Part shown: piece after piece, positions 56,170 to 64,000 of the stretch | Numbering within the stretch: the stretch's first letter is position 1 | Layout: every line of letters starts with the position of its first letter | Assembly: GCA_046116545.1 (NCBI GenBank) | Contig: CP175956.1 | Location: forward strand, 705,734 to 769,733 | Direction of reading: 5' to 3' | Length of the DNA: 64,000 nucleotides | Source: Candidatus Moraniibacteriota bacterium | Lineage (GTDB): Bacteria > Patescibacteriota > Minisyncoccia > Moranbacterales > GCA-2747515 | Program-made: the position numbers and the translations under genes | The notes under the pieces: generated by a model | Databases searched by the model: none | What the model was told of the DNA's origin: nothing | What the model saw: only the letters and a program-made list of their open reading frames with translations

Positions 56170-57039
56170 TTAAAACTCATCAACAAAAAAATCCCGATAC
56201 CAAAGTTGCAAATTCTTTTTTGTTTTTTCTAATTCCTCGATTGATTCAAAAATACCAAAAACTGTTGGACCTTTTCCTGATATGGATGTAACTCGTGCGC
56301 CAAATGCCTGCATTGCATTTTTTATTTCTCCTATTACATAACATTGCTCTTGTGCAACAAATGCAAAATCATTATATACATATTGCACGATATCATCCAA
56401 TGTATGATGACTTTCTTTCATACTAAGTGTAATATTTTTTCTGTCATCATCACTCATAAACCATTGTCTTTGGTCTAACTGTCCGTATGCCCATGGCGTA
56501 CCAATTTCTTCTTTTGGATTTACTACAAGTATTGACAATTGAGGGAAATCAAAAAGGCTCTCCACATCTTCTCCAGTTCCACTTACATAAGCAGCGAATG
56601 CATCTTGAAGAAAAAATGGAATGTCCTTACCTACTTCAGATGCTATTTTAACAAGTTCTTCATTACTAAGTTTATCTTCAAAATACTCATTAAGCGCCAA
56701 AAGCACACTTGCGCCATCAGAACTGCCACCACCCAAACCGGCCAACATCGGGATTCTTTTTGTAATTATCATTTTCACACCAACTCGCCTCCCAATTTTA
56801 GCAAAATACTTCTGTGCAATTTTCCAACAAATATTTTGCTCATTTGTTGGCACATCAGGATTATCACACTCAATCGAAATACTCTCACTATCCTCATCAA
56901 ACTCAATAACCACAGTATCATACAAGTTTTGAGATTTCACCATAATAGACCGAATCTCATGAAATCCATCAGGATATTTCTTTACAACCTCCAAACAAAG
57001 ATTAAGTTTCGCCGGCGCCGTCATTTGAATCTTTTTCAT
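56170..57039 (-). CDS. ispE: 4-diphosphocytidyl-2-C-methyl-D-erythritol kinase
   Basis: GHMP kinase motifs PAKLNL and PMLAGLGGGSSDGAS. Confidence 0.85.
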   Translation of the reverse strand: MKKIQMTAPAKLNLCLEVVKKYPDGFHEIRSIMVKSQNLYDTVVIEFDEDSESISIECDNPDVPTNEQNICWKIAQKYFAKIGRRVGVKMIITKRIPMLAGLGGGSSDGASVLLALNEYFEDKLSNEELVKIASEVGKDIPFFLQDAFAAYVSGTGEDVESLFDFPQLSILVVNPKEEIGTPWAYGQLDQRQWFMSDDDRKNITLSMKESHHTLDDIVQYVYNDFAFVAQEQCYVIGEIKNAMQAFGARVTSISGKGPTVFGIFESIEELEKTKKNLQLWYRDFFVDEF

Positions 57040-57089
57040 ATATTTTTATATTAACCTTTATTAAATGAGACTAATGTTCTCAATTGATA

Positions 57090-57962
57090 TTATACCAATA
57101 AAAACACTCCGATAATAACTAATATTGCAGCAATACTTCTTTTTATTGGATCATTTTTTTCTTTCAAAAACAGATACCCCACCAATACATTCAGAGCAAC
57201 AACGACTGAACTAAGCGGTGCCACCACCGAAACCTGTCCTTGACGCAACGCCATTAGATAAAATAATATTGCAAATGCAAAACTTATCCCTGTAATAAAG
57301 TAGTGTTTTTGAGTATCCTTATTGAGATTGTATTCTTTTTTTAAATTATGAATATCTTTACGTTCCACAACAAATACAATAACTGCTGGCAACGCAAATG
57401 TTACTAGCAAATAAAGTGCGAGGTTGAAGTGTTTAGAAATAGCAACATCAATAGACAACGCCGTAGCCATTGCTAATGCCGCCACAATAAGCAAAACTAC
57501 ATACTTATTAAATACAAAAACACCTTTTTTAAATGTAATTATTATACCTCCTAAAATAATCAGAATCGCTCCAATAGCATTTTCCAAACTTACATATTCT
57601 TTAAAAATAAATACTCCATACAACATAAGGAAAACCTTTGAAAGCTGAGTAAGAACTGAGACCTCTGATACATCTAAATGTTTAAATCCTACAGCCTTAA
57701 ATCTATCGTTAACCGTATAAAACAAAATCGCCAAAACAAGCCATGCATAAATTGTCCAATCCATTGGCAATTTCATTTTAAAGAAAGGAATTAACAACAC
57801 AAAGACTGCACTGACTACACTAAAAACAACAATTAACATACTTGCAGTGTCTTCCGATTTTTTCGCAATTAAACGATACGACTGATTAAAAATCACCATA
57901 AATAATATCGCTAAAACCAAATTCACTTGCCAATATTGAAAAATTTCTAACATAAATATCAT
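57090..57962 (-). CDS. EamA-family (DMT superfamily) transporter
   Basis: 290 aa, 10 TM helices in two 5-TM repeats. Confidence 0.65.
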   Translation of the reverse strand: MIFMLEIFQYWQVNLVLAILFMVIFNQSYRLIAKKSEDTASMLIVVFSVVSAVFVLLIPFFKMKLPMDWTIYAWLVLAILFYTVNDRFKAVGFKHLDVSEVSVLTQLSKVFLMLYGVFIFKEYVSLENAIGAILIILGGIIITFKKGVFVFNKYVVLLIVAALAMATALSIDVAISKHFNLALYLLVTFALPAVIVFVVERKDIHNLKKEYNLNKDTQKHYFITGISFAFAILFYLMALRQGQVSVVAPLSSVVVALNVLVGYLFLKEKNDPIKRSIAAILVIIGVFLLV

Positions 57963-58438
57963 TTTTTAATTAAGCTCACAATCACAAAAACCTGTACACC
58001 TTCACCCCTACCAAACGCTGTCATGCCTTCTCCTGTTGTTGCATTTATTCCAATGTTGGTAATATCTGTTTTCAAGATTGGTACAAGATTCTGTTTAATT
58101 TCATCTTCAATCGGTAATATCTTTGGAGTTTTACACTCAACTGATATTCCTACGTTATTTATTTCAAAACCAACTTCTTTCATATGACTAATAGCTACTT
58201 TTAAATATTCTGCACTATCTGTGATTCCATCTTTACACATATCATCAGAATATGTTGAGAAATTTTTTCTTCCAAGTGATTGCTCAATAGCCGCACAAAG
58301 TGCATGCATTATTACATCACCATCTGAATTCCCCTTAAATCCAATAACATCATCAACTTGCACTCCACCAAGCACACATCTTTTATTTTCATCTTCACCA
58401 AACGGATGAGAATCTTGTCCTATTCCTACTCTAAACAT
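57959..58438 (-). CDS. ispF: 2-C-methyl-D-erythritol 2,4-cyclodiphosphate synthase
   Basis: GIGQDSH...D...H zinc-site motifs; 159 aa; overlaps the EamA start by 4 nt. Confidence 0.85.
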   Translation of the reverse strand: MFRVGIGQDSHPFGEDENKRCVLGGVQVDDVIGFKGNSDGDVIMHALCAAIEQSLGRKNFSTYSDDMCKDGITDSAEYLKVAISHMKEVGFEINNVGISVECKTPKILPIEDEIKQNLVPILKTDITNIGINATTGEGMTAFGRGEGVQVFVIVSLIKK

Positions 58439-58467
58439 AAATTTAGTATATTAATGATTGCTATATC

Positions 58468-58559
58468 GTCTTTGCGAGGAGCGTTTAGCAACGTGGCAAT
58501 CTCAATAAGCACATCAGATACCTTACAGAGATTGCTTCGTCGTACCTCCTCGCAAAGAC
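58468..58559. repeat. MITE-like nested-hairpin element, family copy H
   Basis: GTCTTTGCGAGGA...TCCTCGCAAAGAC, inserted between ispF and ispD. The 3' 33 nt match copy C. Confidence 0.7.
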
Positions 58560-58560
58560 A

Positions 58561-59253
58561 CTACAGTTGGCTCAATATCACTTCAGCAAGTGCTAGGTCA
58601 ATTGGTGTAGTTACTTTAAAATTATTATCAGATGCTTCCACAATAACAACAGCTCCTCCAAGCTCCTCAACAAGTGACACATCATCAGTTCCTAAAAAAT
58701 CTTTTTTATCTGCCCTATCAAAAGCATTTAATGCTAGCTCCAATTGTATTGCTTGTGGTGTCTGCATGTTCCAAAGTTCACTTCTATCTATTACACCCTT
58801 CGATACATTATCTTCATTAACTTTTCTTATTGTATCCTTTGTTTTATGTGCCACTACTGCTGCTCCACCATTTCTTGCTGCTTCTGCTACACATTTTATT
58901 TCTTCAGCACTTACAAATGGATTCGCTCCATTATGAAATAACACAACAGTATCAGAATCATCATAATTATTAGCAACACATGTAACTCCATTATGTCCTG
59001 AATTTTGACGTTCCTTTCCTCCTGCGATAATATGTGATACTTTTTCAAATTCAAATTCATCTATAAGTTCCTGCATATCAGTAATTTCATTTTCTTTTGC
59101 CACAATAACAATCTCATCAATGTCCTCAGACCTCTCAAAATTATCTATGGTATAAAAAATAAGCGGTTTCCCGCCCAATTCCAAAAACACTTTATTTTTA
59201 TTGGCTCCCATTCTCTTTCCCATGCCAGATGCAAGGATAATCGCAATATTCAT
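58561..59253 (-). CDS. ispD: 2-C-methyl-D-erythritol 4-phosphate cytidylyltransferase
   Basis: N-terminal ILASGMGKRMG nucleotidyltransferase motif. Confidence 0.85.
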   Translation of the reverse strand: MNIAIILASGMGKRMGANKNKVFLELGGKPLIFYTIDNFERSEDIDEIVIVAKENEITDMQELIDEFEFEKVSHIIAGGKERQNSGHNGVTCVANNYDDSDTVVLFHNGANPFVSAEEIKCVAEAARNGGAAVVAHKTKDTIRKVNEDNVSKGVIDRSELWNMQTPQAIQLELALNAFDRADKKDFLGTDDVSLVEELGGAVVIVEASDNNFKVTTPIDLALAEVILSQL

Positions 59254-59295
59254 AAATTATAAAAAAATGAGTTATTAACTACCATTATACCACAA

Positions 59296-59330
59296 AATAA
59301 AAAATGCTTATTTTATAAGCATTTTTCATA
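59296..59330. terminator. bidirectional terminator
   Basis: aaaaatgcttat-ttta-taagcattttt. Confidence 0.6.
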
Positions 59331-59339
59331 AGACATTCC

Positions 59340-59669
59340 TTAAAAAACAATGTCATCCATATCAATATCCGTAGGCACATTTCTTTCCAAGTCTTTTGGT
59401 GGTTGTGGCTGTTCTCCTGCTTGTGGTTGTTGTGACTGCTCTTGTTGGCCTCCACCTTGACCTCCTTGAGGTTGCCAATCATTCACCTGTGCATACCAAC
59501 TTCCCTTTTGTGACTCTTTTATATCTATATTAATCCATTCACCAGATTCTCCTTGCAACCAATTTATCAATTCTTCTCTTTTAATAGATAAACTACCCTT
59601 CACAAAATCAGGTGCATTTTGATGTGGTTTCTTCACCATTAACCCATCTACAAATTTCACTTCACTCAT
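59340..59669 (-). CDS. hypothetical protein with Gln/Gly-rich linker and acidic C-terminal tail
   Basis: C-terminal DIDMDDIVF resembles an SSB-type acidic tip; QGGQGGGQQEQSQQPQ linker. Confidence 0.4.
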   Translation of the reverse strand: MSEVKFVDGLMVKKPHQNAPDFVKGSLSIKREELINWLQGESGEWINIDIKESQKGSWYAQVNDWQPQGGQGGGQQEQSQQPQAGEQPQPPKDLERNVPTDIDMDDIVF

Positions 59670-59726
59670 AAAAATATATTACTCAATTAACTTCTATCCA
59701 TATTACCACAACTCTCTTACAAATTG

Positions 59727-60455
59727 CTAATTAAATTTTTTCCACTCACCTTCAGAAATAACAGTCACTTCCTCATCAATAACTTTGACAGCGGTATTAT
59801 CATCAATTACATAAAAGGCTCCTTGTATATCTTTTGCTCTTTGATCTAAATTATCAACACTGACATTTGGAAAGTGTGGAGAACCTAAATGTGGAATAAT
59901 TGAAAAATCAACAAATTTCATGCCCTCACTTCTTTGACGCTCATCAGAATACTCTCCATACAATTGCTCCGACATATTCAAAGCCAAATCATTACATGTA
60001 ACCATACTTCCCGCACTCACACCAACGTACACCTTCTCCCTCAACATCTCAGGTAACAATTCTTGCAACCCAGACTTTGTCATCCAATACATCAAATGTG
60101 CTGTATTTCCACCCTCTACATATAAAACATCTGCATCCTGCAACCGTGGAAGCCATACATTTTTAGAAATTGCAGAGATATCTACAATATCAATTGATTT
60201 GAATCTGAGATTTTTTAACCTAATTAGATCTTTTATAAACCAATTAGTTTTGTCTCCACCTTCAACATTTGCCGCCGTAGGTATAAATGCAATATTTAAC
60301 TCTGCAAATGGTTTTCCTGTCAATTCCAATAAAGCAGCCACAATAGATTCATTTGACAGTCCTGCTGATGTTAGTAATAATTTCATACAATATTTTTCAA
60401 AACTTATACTCCCAGTGTAACTTATTTTTATTTCTATGTCATTAATAAATTCCAA
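59727..60455 (-). CDS. peptidase S51 family (dipeptidase E-like) protein
   Basis: GGNTAHL and GVSAGS motifs. The true start is probably MKLLLTSAGL, about 23 codons in. Confidence 0.7.
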   Translation of the reverse strand: MEFINDIEIKISYTGSISFEKYCMKLLLTSAGLSNESIVAALLELTGKPFAELNIAFIPTAANVEGGDKTNWFIKDLIRLKNLRFKSIDIVDISAISKNVWLPRLQDADVLYVEGGNTAHLMYWMTKSGLQELLPEMLREKVYVGVSAGSMVTCNDLALNMSEQLYGEYSDERQRSEGMKFVDFSIIPHLGSPHFPNVSVDNLDQRAKDIQGAFYVIDDNTAVKVIDEEVTVISEGEWKKFN

Positions 60456-60480
60456 AAAAACCGGTAAAACCGGTTTTTTA
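60455..60480. terminator. bidirectional terminator
   Basis: aaaaaaaccggtaaaaccggtttttt. Confidence 0.6.
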
Positions 60481-60504
60481 GTATATAATATTCAACTACT
60501 TTGT

Positions 60505-60840
60505 TTATTTCTTCTCAACAGTTGTATCATTAATTTCTCCAGCTTTTGCATTAGTGGCAACTGACCGTAGTCCACAGCTAGCACCTCTTTTTGCAGCATA
60601 CATTTGACTAGTTCCAATCACCTGACTATTCTTTGCCTTAAGCACAAAATGAGCTTTACCGTTCTTTGCTTCTTTCACCTCAAACATTTCTTTTTCCTGA
60701 CTATTCTTTGCTACTGATGCAATTCCATTTTTGCAAGCAGCCTTTGTTTTATATCCTTCTGAAGCCAAAATTGGCTCTTTATTCTTAGCTAATAATCGAA
60801 ATCGAAACTCACCAGCCTTGTCCTTATATATTTCAAACAT
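60505..60840 (-). CDS. YegP-like tandem DUF1508 protein
   Basis: Two copies of the FE-YKDKAGEFRFRL / F-LKAKNSQVIGTS motif. Confidence 0.75.
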   Translation of the reverse strand: MFEIYKDKAGEFRFRLLAKNKEPILASEGYKTKAACKNGIASVAKNSQEKEMFEVKEAKNGKAHFVLKAKNSQVIGTSQMYAAKRGASCGLRSVATNAKAGEINDTTVEKK

Positions 60841-60929
60841 AATTTTACATTTATTTACATATTATTTTCTCATTGTAACATGCAAGTAAATATTTGCAAT
60901 AATATAGGCTTATATTTTTGTAATTAAAA

Positions 60930-60990
60930 AACCGAATTCACATTCATGAATTCGGTTTCCAAATTTTGCACTTACTTTAGTGCAAAATTT
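60930..60990 (-). terminator. tandem hairpin terminators downstream of the 60989-61726 gene
   Basis: accgaattca-cattca-tgaattcggt and aattttgcac-ttactttag-tgcaaaatt. Confidence 0.55.
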
Positions 60991-61726
60991 AAAATAAAAT
61001 TGACAATTTCATTGAAACTTCAATAGATTGTTTCTGATCCAACCAAACGCCATCTTTTGTATTAAAACAAGATGGTGATGTTAAGACTGGTTCTACACAA
61101 AAATACTCTTCTGCATCACCCCACAAATACAAACAAGTATCATAATCATATCCAGATAAAATCATCTTGATACGAAATTTACCGGTATCAATAATAATTT
61201 CATCGTTTGAATTAATTTTGACACACTTTGCCTTTGTAGAAACATCCACTACATGTTTTTCTCCGTTGATAAAAACATCTCTCTTGCCATCTGATTTAAA
61301 ATAAGGGTGAAAGGCAATATTTATTGGCATCTCCCCCTCACTAGACACTCTATATAACTTTAATCGAGTATCTAATATATCCTCATTGCGATGAGATGTC
61401 ACTTCGTGAGCAATATTTGCCACTAACCACCAAGGAAAACTCTTATATTCTCCTTTATATGATTTATGTGATGCAACTTTTGCCTGAGTCTCATGATTCC
61501 ATGTGGTTTCAAGATTTCGAAACCAACCATGCTGTGAAATATCTTCAAATCCCTCTGGCGATGAACCAAAAAATGGACAACAAATTGGAATACCTCCTCG
61601 CTGTTTCTCACCAATATACCGAAAAGGATAAATAATATCTTCACCCTCAAGTGACCATTTGGTCAGTGTTGCACCAACATCTGAAACATTAGCAATGCCT
61701 TCTCCTGCAGAAATTATAGCTTCCAT
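60989..61726 (-). CDS. aldose 1-epimerase-like / D-hexose-6-phosphate mutarotase (YeaD family)
   Basis: GGIPICCPFFG and QHGWFRNLETTW motifs. Confidence 0.65.
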   Translation of the reverse strand: MEAIISAGEGIANVSDVGATLTKWSLEGEDIIYPFRYIGEKQRGGIPICCPFFGSSPEGFEDISQHGWFRNLETTWNHETQAKVASHKSYKGEYKSFPWWLVANIAHEVTSHRNEDILDTRLKLYRVSSEGEMPINIAFHPYFKSDGKRDVFINGEKHVVDVSTKAKCVKINSNDEIIIDTGKFRIKMILSGYDYDTCLYLWGDAEEYFCVEPVLTSPSCFNTKDGVWLDQKQSIEVSMKLSILF

Positions 61727-61879
61727 TTCATCTCTCCTCTATTTTTTATGCAAAATGCATTTGTTATTAAACAACTTTAATTAACATACTATAATACATC
61801 AAAACATCCATATAGTCAATAGCTGCAACAAAAAACCGCCTCAACCTTTTTGGTATATTAGCGGTATATGTATTGACCA

Positions 61880-62086
61880 TTAGATTTTTCTCTTGGCAAT
61901 GACATGTTGAAATTCTTTTTGCTCTTTCTCCACTATGCTTCTCGCACAATCTGTACACATACTAAAACATTCTTGCATAAAAATTTTCTCACAAGAAGGA
62001 CAAAGTACTTCCCTAATCTTTTTTGTCTCTCTAACAATTTGCATAACATGCTCCATACAATATATTTTCCTGCGATAAAACAGCAC
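61880..62086 (-). CDS. small Cys-rich zinc-finger protein, paralog A
   Basis: VLCPSCEK...CFSMCTDC. Its 3' end and downstream 40 nt are paralogous to the neighbouring gene. Confidence 0.4.
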   Translation of the reverse strand: MLFYRRKIYCMEHVMQIVRETKKIREVLCPSCEKIFMQECFSMCTDCARSIVEKEQKEFQHVIAKRKI

Positions 62087-62109
62087 ACTTCTATCCCTGT
62101 TTTTTAATT

Positions 62110-62518
62110 TTAACAGTATATATACGCACCATCAGATTTTTCCCATGGCAGTGGTATATTATAATTCTTTTTGAACCATTTATATGTTTTGACTTTATCA
62201 CCACCATTACAGCGGTGTTCCAAAAAATCATGAACAAAATCAAAAACATCTCCACTATGACCACATCCAAAGCAATGAAATGTACATGTTCCTTTTATGA
62301 AATGGACATAATATTACAAAATCACCACGACCAGAAGAATATATATTTCTATGTTTCTTCCTAATCTTTAGCCCTAATTTTAATAATACTTGCCATCCAA
62401 CTTTTACTGCAATCTCCCTAAAGTATGAAGGAGGTGTTTCCATTTTATGAAAAGACATGCTCAACCTCCTTTTTGATTTTAAATAACAAAAAATATCTCT
62501 TATCCTGACTCCAAACAT
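62110..62518 (-). pseudogene. CHC2-type (primase-like) zinc-finger protein, paralog B, split by a frameshift in an A4/T4 run
   Basis: Frame 1 ends ...ILCPFHKRNMYISLLWMWS*. The +1 frame continues ...GTCTFHCFGCGHSGDVFDFVHDFLEHRCNGGDK... to a stop at 62110-62112. CPFH and HCFGCG..GD..F together form a zf-CHC2 signature. Confidence 0.4.
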
Positions 62519-62659
62519 TCAGAGCCAACCATACATCTATAACCCATACACCGAAGATCCTCAGTTCGTGGCATGGACAAGAGAAAAACTGACTCCTTCC
62601 GGCTATTTGTGCAATACGGTTACTATATATCATTAAGTTAGATATTTCAACTCTCTCAA

Positions 62660-62702
62660 TAAAAAATATAAAAGGACATTTTCAGTATGCTGAAAATGTC
62701 CT
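62660..62702 (-). terminator. intrinsic terminator
   Basis: aggacattttcag-tatg-ctgaaaatgtcct then a T-run on the minus strand. Confidence 0.6.
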
Positions 62703-62713
62703 CTAAGACAAAC

Positions 62714-63505
62714 TTATTGTTCAAGTATCCACCTGAAACAATATCCTAATCCAATTGTATGTTTATAATCTGAAACAAATAGCGACCTATTTTTTAATTC
62801 TTGAGATGCATTATTAACTGCAAGATGTATTACATCATGGTCATTTATGATATCCATATCAGAATCACCTATCATAAAAAATTGTGCATTTGGATACTTT
62901 TGCTTTAAAAATAAATATCCAGATGTTTTTGAAACAATTGCAATACTACTTATTGCAATTCCATATTTATGATTATAAACAAAATCACCTAATGCCTGCG
63001 GCTTGTCACATAGCAATAAAGAAGTTAAGCATTGTCCACTCCACTTCTCATCAATATACAACTTTCCTTCACCATCAGTTATCAGAAAAAACATTGAAAT
63101 TGACATTCGTCTAAATTTATCAATTAAAATAAATTTAGTATTAGGCTGTAATCCCTTGTGCTCTCTAACTAGTATTGGAGCGTCACATTCAAGAATGCAA
63201 CAATCAAATTTAGAAAACACTCTTTTCATCTCATGTATATACTGACTAATATCAATATCTTTATGTGTGAAATCAATATTATCAAAATACTTAATAACAG
63301 CTCCATTTTCACCAATCACAATATCACTACTAACTCCTATAGATTGCTCGAAAAAAGTAGCCAATCTTTCTACTGGAGTATCTGAATTTGGTACAATATA
63401 ACTTACCTCACTTAGTTTATTGGCAATATTGCAAATATCTCCTGTTGTTTCATATCGCTTATTTAAAACAACTCCATCCAAATCAACCATTGTAATTTTA
63501 TCCAT
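62714..63505 (-). CDS. HAD-IIB (Cof-like) hydrolase
   Basis: MVDLDGVVLN (motif I) and MIGDSDMDI (motif IV). Confidence 0.6.
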   Translation of the reverse strand: MDKITMVDLDGVVLNKRYETTGDICNIANKLSEVSYIVPNSDTPVERLATFFEQSIGVSSDIVIGENGAVIKYFDNIDFTHKDIDISQYIHEMKRVFSKFDCCILECDAPILVREHKGLQPNTKFILIDKFRRMSISMFFLITDGEGKLYIDEKWSGQCLTSLLLCDKPQALGDFVYNHKYGIAISSIAIVSKTSGYLFLKQKYPNAQFFMIGDSDMDIINDHDVIHLAVNNASQELKNRSLFVSDYKHTIGLGYCFRWILEQ

Positions 63506-63545
63506 TTGTTCAGTCCTCTGTGCAAAGTTTAACGAACTATTTCTA

Positions 63546-64000
63546 CTAAATATACTTTTCTATTCTCTCTATATACACATCATAGCCATCTTTCATTTCA
63601 TCATAAAGCCATTTCCGTTTTTTTGATGTGCAATACTCACACTTACATGCGAGATAAACACTATACCAGAAAAACACTGTTAAGTCAATCAATTGCCTAT
63701 TTATTATTTTTCTATTTATATAACTTTCAATTTCTTGTTCAATCAATATTTTAGCATTCATCAATGAACTATCACTAAATAATTCTCTGTGTTCCATTTC
63801 TTTTCTTAGAATTGTGACATAATAACCAGCAAGATCCACACTTACATTTCCCATACAAAGAGATTTGTCCAAATAAGGCATTGCATTTCTAGGATCTATA
63901 AAACGAACTGGATTATCCTTTGTTAAGTTTATAATAATATTGCCAGCAGTTAAATCTTTATGTGCTAAGCTTCCAATTGCATTATTTATAAATATTTTTT
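63546..64000 (-). CDS. protein-kinase-like fold phosphotransferase, C-terminal part (ORF open to window end)
   Basis: In-frame upstream of the ORF-track Met the frame stays open: ...INNAIGSLAHKDLTAGNIIINL...VRFIDPRNA, resembling the HxDLxxxN catalytic loop and DFG-like IDP of APH/Kdo-kinase-type enzymes. Confidence 0.4.
   Translation of the reverse strand, partial: KIFINNAIGSLAHKDLTAGNIIINLTKDNPVRFIDPRNAMPYLDKSLCMGNVSVDLAGYYVTILRKEMEHRELFSDSSLMNAKILIEQEIESYINRKIINRQLIDLTVFFWYSVYLACKCEYCTSKKRKWLYDEMKDGYDVYIERIEKYI

Noticed and set aside
1-64000. Alternative genetic code (UGA recoded) as found in some small-genome lineages
   Set aside because: Long ORFs (secA 882 aa, leuS 1346 aa, secD 567 aa) are intact under the standard bacterial code, and genes end with TAA, TGA or TAG, so there is no sign of stop-codon reassignment.
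1-64000. CRISPR array, prophage or integrative element
   Set aside because: There are no regularly spaced direct repeats with unique spacers, and no integrase, recombinase, transposase, capsid or terminase genes. The repeats found are dispersed hairpin or palindromic families rather than arrays.

Overview
AT-rich (~30% GC) bacterial chromosomal segment, densely coding and mostly on the minus strand, with one plus-strand block at about 38.5-48.5 kb. The combination of rubrerythrin, family II PPase, sortase, many lipoproteins and very small proteins fits an anaerobic small-genome lineage (Firmicutes/Tenericutes-like or Patescibacteria-like); I cannot be more specific from sequence alone. Housekeeping genes recognised: tyrS (partial), rbr, ppaC, ogt, secD, secF, secA, dxr, ispE/ispF/ispD, tsaC, leuS, cls, rlmN. 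Also present: many lipoproteins and secreted proteins, a sortase, transporters (MFS, EamA, AI-2E, CNNM), and a 100-aa minimal K+ channel. No rRNA, tRNA, CRISPR array, integrase or transposase was found. The most unusual items follow. (1) The leuS gene encodes 1346 aa. It carries about 410 aa of two tandem RBBP9/YdeN-type alpha/beta serine-hydrolase domains inserted at the entry to the editing domain, plus a roughly 140-aa Nudix-like domain inside the editing domain. (2) secD has a parvulin-type PPIase domain inserted in its first periplasmic domain. (3) A family of eight hairpin, MITE-like intergenic elements shares a GTC(A/T)TT(G/A/C)CGAG terminus. (4) A family of four 31-33 bp palindromes has conserved GGTCCAAC arms. 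(5) A roughly 1-kb ORF-less, GC-rich island lies behind a consensus sigma70 promoter (candidate large structured RNA); a second, roughly 390-nt ORF-less segment ends in a strong plus-strand terminator. (6) A two-gene cassette is bracketed by 62-nt direct repeats, and a DUF2806-like gene is translationally coupled to a DEDDh exonuclease. (7) A multi-TM membrane protein carries a cytosolic AlbA_2/Schlafen-like domain. (8) A tandem pair of small Cys-rich zinc-finger genes includes one with a primase-type CHC2 finger split by a frameshift in a poly-A run. All domain calls rest on motif recognition by eye, not on database searches.
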